Shown here: in pieces, positions 57,370-64,000 of the stretch
Layout: every line of letters begins with the position of its first letter
Numbering within the stretch: position 1 is the stretch's first letter
IMG/VR virus record: IMGVR_UViG_3300021137_000001
Location: 186,001-250,000 of that record
Length of the DNA stretch: 64,000 bases
Direction: 5' to 3' (one strand)
The notes under the pieces: model-generated
Database searches by the model: none
What the model was told of the DNA's origin: nothing
What the model saw: the letters and a program-made list of their open reading frames with translations, nothing else
Made by a program: the position numbers and the translations under genes

Positions 57370-57469
57370 AGTTTTGTAGGAATTTGTAACAAGCATTGAC
57401 TTTTTGGTATATTTCATGTATAGTTACTATAAATACTGCTTTATACAGTATACAACGGGGTAGGAAATT

Positions 57470-57805
57470 ATGAAGAATATTTTATTAGTAGCATTGATTG
57501 CAAGTATCGGTATTTCATCTTTTGCTAATGCTGAAGGACGTGAAGGTGGACGAGGCGGTTATTATCGCGGTGGTTATTATCGCGGGGGCAGTGGTATGGA
57601 ATGGATCGCTCCATTGGCAATTGGTGGATTGATTGGTTATGAACTTAATCGTCAACCAACTGTAACTGCACAGCGACCACCTATAATTTATCAACAAGCA
57701 CCAGCAATAGTGAATGTTCAACCTAACCAACCAATCTATCAATACCAGAACATTTATGACACGAATTGTGCTTGTTATCATCAAGTTTTAGTTCAAATCA
57801 ATTAA
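57470..57805 (+). CDS. Small secreted or membrane protein with GGYYR repeat
   Basis: Signal peptide, GGYYRGGYYRGG, hydrophobic segment. Confidence 0.7.
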   Translation: MKNILLVALIASIGISSFANAEGREGGRGGYYRGGYYRGGSGMEWIAPLAIGGLIGYELNRQPTVTAQRPPIIYQQAPAIVNVQPNQPIYQYQNIYDTNCACYHQVLVQIN

Positions 57806-57817
57806 TAAAATGATTGG

Positions 57818-57846
57818 TTGACTTTTCCTTGTTTTGACTGTATAAT
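57818..57846 (+). promoter_or_regulatory. Sigma70-type early promoter
   Basis: TTGACT-N17-TATAAT. Confidence 0.8.
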
Positions 57847-57879
57847 GTTACACATACACTAACAACAAGGAAGAAATAA

Positions 57880-58272
57880 ATGGCTTATATTAGCGCACAA
57901 GATGTAAAAGCAATACGCGACGAACTTAAAGTAACTTTTCCTAACTTCAAGTTTGGTGTACGTAAAGGTTATAGTGGCAGTTCAGTTGATGTTACTATTA
58001 AGCAGGGTCCAGTTGACTTTGCTGAAGTATTTAAAGGTGAACGTAATGCTTATGCACAAATTAATGAATTTCATTTGTACTTTTACGGTAAGCACGAAGC
58101 GTTCTTTGAACAAGTATTAAACATTATCAAGACTGCTCCAGCTAATGCAGGTGGACGTGCTTGGTTTGATAAAAGCGATGCGCAAACAGATTATTTCTCA
58201 ATTGCGTATTACATTCATTTAAACGTGGGCGAATGGAATGCTCCATACGCTTGCACCAAGGAGTTTGCATAA
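57880..58272 (+). CDS. LPD29-like early protein
   Basis: IRDELK..FP..KFGVR...DKSDAQTDYF...YY pattern. Confidence 0.55.
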   Translation: MAYISAQDVKAIRDELKVTFPNFKFGVRKGYSGSSVDVTIKQGPVDFAEVFKGERNAYAQINEFHLYFYGKHEAFFEQVLNIIKTAPANAGGRAWFDKSDAQTDYFSIAYYIHLNVGEWNAPYACTKEFA

Positions 58273-58448
58273 TGTCATCAGCTTATTTCGTAAATTATCA
58301 CAAGAGTCGTATTTCTATTTTGTCAGATGACGATTTAGAAGTTGCATTTGAAACATATAAAACATTACAGGCACGTTCAGTTAACGATGAGATTGTTACT
58401 GAATTGCTTGCCCAAGAATTAGACAACAGAGAAAAGGAATTAGTATAA
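58272..58448 (+). CDS. Small hypothetical protein
   Basis: TAATG coupling, AAGGAG SD. Confidence 0.65.
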   Translation: MSSAYFVNYHKSRISILSDDDLEVAFETYKTLQARSVNDEIVTELLAQELDNREKELV

Positions 58449-58612
58449 TGAATACAAGAATACAACGGTTGGTACTTGCAGTCTTATTAATCATCGGTTA
58501 CGTAGCAATTGGTTACTGTGGTGAGGTTGGTAAGGTGATTAATGGTCTACTTGGTAACTTTGCAGTAGGTTGGTTGGTTATGGACATTGCAAAAGCAATC
58601 ATTAAAGATTAA
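58448..58612 (+). CDS. Small membrane protein (54 aa, not in the ORF track)
   Basis: TAATG coupling, AAGGA SD, two hydrophobic segments. Confidence 0.6.
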   Translation: MNTRIQRLVLAVLLIIGYVAIGYCGEVGKVINGLLGNFAVGWLVMDIAKAIIKD

Positions 58613-58619
58613 ACAGTAC

Positions 58620-58648
58620 TTGACAAGAACATAGTTTGGTAGTATAAT
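58620..58648 (+). promoter_or_regulatory. Consensus sigma70 promoter
   Basis: TTGACA-N17-TATAAT. Confidence 0.85.
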
Positions 58649-58690
58649 ATGTTTTGTTACGTTAAGTTAATAATTAATTAGGAGTTACAA

Positions 58691-59788
58691 ATGGCAACAA
58701 TTACTGAAAATAGAACTGTTACTGCAACAGAAGCAAAGGCGGCAATTTTACGTTGCTTTACAAAACAACGCCCACTATTTTTATGGGGTCCCCCAGGCAT
58801 TGGTAAGAGTGAATTAGTAGAAGGCATTACTAAAGATATGGGCGGGTTGATGATTGACTTGCGCTTGGCGCAGATGGACCCGACGGATATACGTGGTATT
58901 CCTTACTTTAATAAAGACTTGGGTGTGATGGATTGGGCTCCCCCAATTGACTTGCCCGATGAAGCAACAGCGGCGCAATATCCGATTGTTGTATTGTTTT
59001 TAGATGAGATGAACAGTGCGGCGCCAAGTGTGCAAGCAGTTGCGTATCAACTTATTTTAAACAGACGTGTTGGTAAGTATAAACTTCCCGACAACGTTGT
59101 AATGGTTGCGGCAGGTAACAGAGAAGGTGACAAGGGTGTTAGCTACAGAATGCCTGCTCCTTTAGCAAACAGATTTGTGCATTTGGAAATGCGTGTTGAC
59201 TTTCAAAGCTGGTTACAATGGGCTACTGAAAATCGCATTCACAAAGATGTGATTGGTTACTGTTCTTTTGCTAAACAAGATTTGTACGACTTTGATCCGA
59301 AAAGTTCAAGTCGTAGTTTTGCAACACCTCGTAGCTGGACTTTTGTTAGCGAGTTGTTAGACGATGGCATTGCTGATAGTACAACTACTGATATGGTAGC
59401 TGGTACAATTGGTGAAGGTACTGCTGTTAAGTTTATGGCGCATAGAAAGATTGCAGGACAAATGCCGTTGCCAGAAGACATTTTAAGCGGTAAGATTACA
59501 GAGCTTAAGATTAAAGAAATTAGTGCAATGTATTCTTTAACTATTAGTATGTGTTACGAGTTGAAAGATGCGTATGCTAAGTTTGGCAAAGAAGATAATG
59601 CTAAATGGCACACTATGGCAGATTACTTCTTTAAGTTTATGATGGAGAACTTTACTACTGAAGTAACGGTAATGGGGGCCAGGGTCGCACTTACGACATA
59701 CAACCTTCCGTTTATTCCTAACAAGTTGAAAAACTTTGATGAGTTTCACAAAAAGTTTGGTCGTTACGTGGTTGCAGCTGTAGCATAG
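58691..59788 (+). CDS. MoxR-like AAA+ ATPase
   Basis: WGPPGIGKS, DIRGIP, LFLDEMN, AAGNR, LANRF, TPRSW. Confidence 0.88.
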   Translation: MATITENRTVTATEAKAAILRCFTKQRPLFLWGPPGIGKSELVEGITKDMGGLMIDLRLAQMDPTDIRGIPYFNKDLGVMDWAPPIDLPDEATAAQYPIVVLFLDEMNSAAPSVQAVAYQLILNRRVGKYKLPDNVVMVAAGNREGDKGVSYRMPAPLANRFVHLEMRVDFQSWLQWATENRIHKDVIGYCSFAKQDLYDFDPKSSSRSFATPRSWTFVSELLDDGIADSTTTDMVAGTIGEGTAVKFMAHRKIAGQMPLPEDILSGKITELKIKEISAMYSLTISMCYELKDAYAKFGKEDNAKWHTMADYFFKFMMENFTTEVTVMGARVALTTYNLPFIPNKLKNFDEFHKKFGRYVVAAVA

Positions 59789-59798
59789 TAGCATAAAG

Positions 59799-59823
59799 AT
59801 AATAGGGGCTTAGGTCCCTATTA
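59799..59823. terminator. Probable bidirectional terminator hairpin
   Basis: AATAGGGGC-TTAG-GTCCCTATT between convergent genes. Confidence 0.65.
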
Positions 59824-60477
59824 TTTTGGCTCACGTTTCTTATATGGTCCAACAATTTTACCCTTACGATGCGACACACGACCTTTTAATGTAGCGGAAC
59901 GTTTAGCATTAGATTCAGCTGTTTGTGCTTTACCAGTAAGTGCGTCACTAATCTTTTTACATGTTTCATCGGAACGATTATTGTGTATTGCCACCATCTT
60001 TAACTTCTGTTCATCCGACATTGGCTTGCCTTTATTGTGTGCTTCTCTCCCAACTAATTTAGCCGAGGCCGTTGCCATACTTGCATTAGTATCTTTAGTT
60101 AATCCTTTATTCCAAGATGGATAATTGCGAGGTTGGTTTAATCCTTTATTCCACGGAGCAACACCGGCGGTGCTAAACTTACCATCACCATTGTGTTGAT
60201 TGTAGCTTAAAGGGTCGTTTTTAGCGTCTACAAGCGTTAGTAATGCGGTCTCTAATGCTAACATATCAACAGCGTGGCCAATGCACAGCACAGTTCGAAT
60301 CCAGTTGGTTTGGTTGGATTCAACCAACGGTTTGACTATACGACTACTACAAATATAACCATCTGCGGGGTTACATCCGTGCTTAGTGCGAGATCCGATA
60401 TACCAACGTCCGGTCGATAATTCTGTCCACTTATAAACATAAGCATAGGTAGGTGAGGTTAAATACATTGCTGACAT
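59821..60477 (-). mobile_element. Free-standing GIY-YIG endonuclease with NUMOD3-like repeats
   Basis: YVYKW...WYIGSR, YICSS, SYNQHNG, PWNKG/SWNKG/HNKG repeats. Confidence 0.8.
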
Positions 60478-60535
60478 AGTCCTTTATGTTAGAGTAGTCG
60501 GATAGTGAGATATCGTGGACTACACTTCTATTTAT
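60466..60535 (-). promoter_or_regulatory. Conserved 5' leader element of GIY-YIG genes, copy 3
   Basis: ATAAATA, then GUAGUC-CAC-GAUA-N6-UAUC-C-GACUAC hairpin, then ACAUA-AAGGAC-UAUGU hairpin. Confidence 0.8.
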
Positions 60536-60546
60536 CATTTCTCCAA

Positions 60547-60575
60547 TTGACTTCCCCAAACTTCTATGTTATAAT
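60547..60575 (+). promoter_or_regulatory. Sigma70-type promoter
   Basis: TTGACT-N17-TATAAT. Confidence 0.8.
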
Positions 60576-60601
60576 ATGCTTTACAATAATACGGTAACGA
60601 T

Positions 60602-60919
60602 ATGGCAGAATTTAAAATTAAGAAGACGGATAGTCGATACAATGGACATAGACACTTTAAGTACATTATTGATTATGGCGGCAAGTATGGTGATAGCCTA
60701 ACCTTCCAACTACATCGAAATTGGTGGTGGGAAGGGTTTGGTTCAAGTTGTGAGATTGAGGCTTGGAAACGATTATATGAACGTAACGCTGTTGCACTTG
60801 CACTCGATGATACTATTATTGCTAAGACGTGGGCATGGAACACAGAGTTTGGTAACAGAAAGATTTATGTTAAAGACGACGACACACTTAGTTTCTTTGT
60901 ACTTAAATTTTCTGCGTAG
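60602..60919 (+). CDS. Hypothetical protein
   Basis: 105 aa, Trp-rich. Confidence 0.7.
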   Translation: MAEFKIKKTDSRYNGHRHFKYIIDYGGKYGDSLTFQLHRNWWWEGFGSSCEIEAWKRLYERNAVALALDDTIIAKTWAWNTEFGNRKIYVKDDDTLSFFVLKFSA

Positions 60920-60953
60920 TAATATAACACGTAAATATTAATTTAGGAACAAT

Positions 60954-61937
60954 ATGATATTACTTGTCGGTACTGCTAATGAATATTTAGTTAATATTGC
61001 TAAATCATATTCGGCCGATGCAGTATTAATTACCGAGGATAACTGGAACAAGCTGTCGCGTCTACCACTCGTCGGTTACACAGGTATAGAAGAGTTTAAT
61101 GATAAATTATTATTATTAAATGTATTACTTTCGGCAACTGAGATAATATATTACTCAAATAACACATTAACTAAATTTGATTTAAGTTTCCCTACCGAAA
61201 GTTCACGTGGATGGTTAGAAAATATCTTATTAACTGTTAATCAACATATTCCTGTTACTAATTTAAAATCACAATTGTTAGGCACAGAAAAAGTTAAGTC
61301 TGATAGTAGAATGTTTTTAGAATTAGCAGATTGTAGACAAACAGAAAAGCCACAATTATGGGGAGTCGGCTGTAGCTTTACATACGGAACAGGAGTAGAA
61401 TCACACCAACGATATATCAATTTAATCGAATCAGCAATACATAAACCTATAAGTTGCCTTGCGGCACCCGGCGGATCAATTTCGTGGGCTGCAGATCAAA
61501 TTTTGAGATCCGATATCAGAAAAAATGATATTGTAATATGGGGAGTAACAACTAAAGAAAGATTGACATGGTGTTATCGAGATACTATATATAATATTAC
61601 AGTAAATGCATACACTAAGTATAAATGGTTAGAAAAACTTGTACCTCAAAAAATAATAGTCAATGAAGAAAATGCATTATATCAATCATTGATACATATA
61701 CATCAGGTTATAAATTTTTGTGATAAGATTGGTGCAAAATTATTATTAGTTGGATTATTGACTAACTCAACAGACTTGTTATATTTGCATAATCTTCCAA
61801 ATTTTTATCAATACTACAATAAAAATAGCAATGATTACATCGATCTCGGGCACGATAACGAACACCCAGGATCATTGCAACATCAACTGTATGCAGATGC
61901 TATTATCGAACAGTTGCAAAAACGCAACTGGATTTAA
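60954..61937 (+). CDS. SGNH/GDSL-like hydrolase domain protein
   Basis: GCSFTYG, APGGS, D.GHDNEHPG..QH. Confidence 0.65.
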   Translation: MILLVGTANEYLVNIAKSYSADAVLITEDNWNKLSRLPLVGYTGIEEFNDKLLLLNVLLSATEIIYYSNNTLTKFDLSFPTESSRGWLENILLTVNQHIPVTNLKSQLLGTEKVKSDSRMFLELADCRQTEKPQLWGVGCSFTYGTGVESHQRYINLIESAIHKPISCLAAPGGSISWAADQILRSDIRKNDIVIWGVTTKERLTWCYRDTIYNITVNAYTKYKWLEKLVPQKIIVNEENALYQSLIHIHQVINFCDKIGAKLLLVGLLTNSTDLLYLHNLPNFYQYYNKNSNDYIDLGHDNEHPGSLQHQLYADAIIEQLQKRNWI

Positions 61938-61946
61938 ATTCTCCGC

Positions 61947-61975
61947 TTGACAACGACAGAAAATGGTAGTATAAT
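61947..61975 (+). promoter_or_regulatory. Consensus sigma70 promoter
   Basis: TTGACA-N17-TATAAT. Confidence 0.85.
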
Positions 61976-62006
61976 AGTCTTTATAGTAAACGATTAGGAG
62001 CAGGCA

Positions 62007-63290
62007 ATGGCAACAGCAACTACAACAGCAGAAAAGAAAAAAACAGTTACAGTAACTGATGCACGTATTGATGGTATAGTACGTGAAAAACTTATTACGG
62101 CACGTATTGCGCTGTTACTTAAAGCGCCGTTTTTCGGTAACTTAGCGACACGTTTAAAACTTGTTAATGCTGATGAGTGGCTAGGTACTGCGGCTACAGA
62201 CGGGCGTAACTTTTATTACAATAGTGAATTTGTAAACAGACTGCCGCAAAAGCAATTGGAGTTTTTGGTTGGGCATGAAGTGTTACACGTAGTTTACGAT
62301 CACATGGGACGTAGACAAGATAGAGATGGGCAGTTGTATAACATTGCGGCAGATTACTGTGTTAACGCTGACTTAATTGATAGCAAGATTGGTGAGAAAA
62401 TTACAGTTGTGCCTGTGTTGTATGATAGAAAATATGCGGGTATGAGTAGTGAGCAAGTGTACGATTTGCTGTTTGAAAACGCAGACAAAATTGATATGGC
62501 TGAACTAATGAAACAAGTGCTTGATGAGCATTTGGATGAAGATGGTGACGGCGATGATGAAGGTGAGGGCGGCGAAGGAAACAAAGAAGGTAAAGGTGGT
62601 AGCGGTCCGGACAAAATGACTAAGGAAGAACGCAAAGCATTGCGTGATGAAGTACGCGAAGCTATTTTAAATGCGGCAGAAGCGGCAGGTGCAGGTGGCG
62701 TTCCGGCTGGTGTTAAACGTTTGATTAAAGACTTAACAAACCCACAATTAAACTGGCGTGAGTTGATTAGACAACAAGTGCAAAGTTTAGTTAAAAGTGA
62801 CTTTACTTGGGCACGTCCAAATCGCAAGGGTCAACACATGGATGCAATTTTGCCGGGCAATAGCTTTGCAGAAACAATTGACGTTAGCGTTAGTATTGAT
62901 GCGTCGGGTAGTATGAGTAGCGAAATGTTACATGATATCTTAAGTGAAGTTAAAGGTATTATGGAAGCGTTTGATGACTTTAAACTTGATGTATGGACAT
63001 TTGATACTAAAGTATACGGTTACGAAAAGTACACTCCAGATAACATTGATGATATCGATGATTATGAATTACAAGGTGGTGGCGGTACAGACTTTGAATG
63101 TAATTGGGACTTTATGCGTGAAAATGAACTTACGCCAAAATTGTTTATTATGTTTACAGATGGTTACCCGAATGGTGGTTGGGGCGATGCAGACTTTGTA
63201 GATACATTGTTTGTTATACATGGCACTACAAGTATCGAAGCTCCGTTCGGAATGACTGCTTATTATGATTTGTCTAAAGGAACTGACTAA
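62007..63290 (+). CDS. DUF2201-type metallopeptidase plus vWA domain (MoxR partner)
   Basis: TAATDG, HEVLH, NIAAD; MIDAS DASGSM, GGGGTDF, FTDGY. Confidence 0.88.
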   Translation: MATATTTAEKKKTVTVTDARIDGIVREKLITARIALLLKAPFFGNLATRLKLVNADEWLGTAATDGRNFYYNSEFVNRLPQKQLEFLVGHEVLHVVYDHMGRRQDRDGQLYNIAADYCVNADLIDSKIGEKITVVPVLYDRKYAGMSSEQVYDLLFENADKIDMAELMKQVLDEHLDEDGDGDDEGEGGEGNKEGKGGSGPDKMTKEERKALRDEVREAILNAAEAAGAGGVPAGVKRLIKDLTNPQLNWRELIRQQVQSLVKSDFTWARPNRKGQHMDAILPGNSFAETIDVSVSIDASGSMSSEMLHDILSEVKGIMEAFDDFKLDVWTFDTKVYGYEKYTPDNIDDIDDYELQGGGGTDFECNWDFMRENELTPKLFIMFTDGYPNGGWGDADFVDTLFVIHGTTSIEAPFGMTAYYDLSKGTD

Positions 63291-63595
63291 TGGCAATATA
63301 CGAAAGTTTTACACATACTCCGGCTGAGTATGCAGGTGCGCTAACCAATCAAACTCATGCCACACTTGATTGGTTAGTGAATAACAAGTATATCACCTCA
63401 GAACAATGGAATAAGTTAACTGGTACACTTGTAGTTACTGCGATTCAAAATAATAAAACTTGGGGCACAAAGCTATTGGAACGCTTCTTTAAAGAGGCTG
63501 AAACTAACACTTATGTATTTCCGCTTGCACAGTTAGATGAGTATGTTGCTCCGACTAAAGCCAAACCAACCAAACCAAAGTTAGAGATTGTATAA
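63290..63595 (+). CDS. Hypothetical protein
   Basis: TAATG coupling, AAGGA SD. Confidence 0.7.
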   Translation: MAIYESFTHTPAEYAGALTNQTHATLDWLVNNKYITSEQWNKLTGTLVVTAIQNNKTWGTKLLERFFKEAETNTYVFPLAQLDEYVAPTKAKPTKPKLEIV

Positions 63596-63753
63596 TGATT
63601 AGACTATTTGAATTTTTATGGCATGGTTGTTGGCATCGCTGGGAAGAAACAAAACAATATAAAGTTGTAGACAATGATGGCATTGATATTGGATTTGCAA
63701 TGATTCAACAATGTACAAAGTGTGGGTATGCTAAACGTACTGATTTATATTAG
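63595..63753 (+). CDS. Small Cys/His protein (52 aa, not in the ORF track)
   Basis: TAATG coupling; CWHRW...CTKCG. Confidence 0.6.
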   Translation: MIRLFEFLWHGCWHRWEETKQYKVVDNDGIDIGFAMIQQCTKCGYAKRTDLY

Positions 63754-63782
63754 TTGACTTTTAGTTAAAGTTCATGTATAAT
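63754..63782 (+). promoter_or_regulatory. Sigma70-type promoter
   Basis: TTGACT-N17-TATAAT. Confidence 0.8.
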
Positions 63783-63810
63783 AGCTATATTGAAATTAGG
63801 AAAGCTGTAT

Positions 63811-64000
63811 ATGACAATTAACGCTTACATTTTTGCATGGGACAATACGGGCATTGACAGCATTATCCCAATTACGCAATATGAGCAACATGACCGCGAT
63901 AACACAATGCGCATACTAAACGATGAGCCAGTTGTACGTAATCCGTTGAATAGTATTGTGCAAGGGGTAATGCTTCGCGCTCGTTACAATGCACAACGTT
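63811..64000 (+). CDS. Hypothetical protein running off the window
   Basis: MTINAYIFAWDNTGIDSIIPIT..., open to the end of the window. Confidence 0.7.
   Translation, partial: MTINAYIFAWDNTGIDSIIPITQYEQHDRDNTMRILNDEPVVRNPLNSIVQGVMLRARYNAQR

Noticed and set aside
42968-60477. Endonucleases as group I intron ORFs or IS200/IS605 TnpB/IscB
   Set aside because: Flanking genes are intact rather than split, and no RuvC or transposase motifs or intron core were recognised.
1-64000. Stop-codon reassignment, as seen in some large phages
   Set aside because: Conserved genes are full length in the standard code, TAA, TAG and TGA all end genes, and coding density is high.

Overview
AT-rich, gene-dense segment of a large T4-like or 'huge' dsDNA phage, read with the standard genetic code; spanins imply a diderm host. 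Layout: (1) 1-12.5 kb: end of a small enzyme operon, a lysis cassette (GH19 endolysin, spanins, 3-TM holin), DnaJ, ClpA, a glycosyltransferase and a cytidyltransferase. (2) 11-32 kb: a late-promoter block in which about 15 proteins share an N-terminal leader like the T4 capsid-targeting sequence, and several look like polyproteins joined at hydrophobic-x-Glu sites. Cargo includes three nucleotidyltransferases, GNAT, amidoligase, ParB-like, Zn-peptidase and HTH modules. The block also holds an ~87-nt structured intergenic element with segments complementary to conserved 23S H69-H71 and 16S 530-loop rRNA. (3) 32.5-50 kb: PolB (apparent ATT start), a probable sliding clamp, and a 7-deazaguanine DNA-modification cluster (DpdA/TGT-like, FolE, QueE, two QueD-like) mixed with sugar-modifying enzymes. 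(4) 50-64 kb: RNase H, a DEDDh exonuclease, MoxR ATPase/vWA and small early genes. Five minus-strand free-standing endonucleases lie between 43 and 60.5 kb, and the three GIY-YIG genes share a covarying 5' RNA element. All calls come from reading motifs by eye; no searches or folding programs were run.
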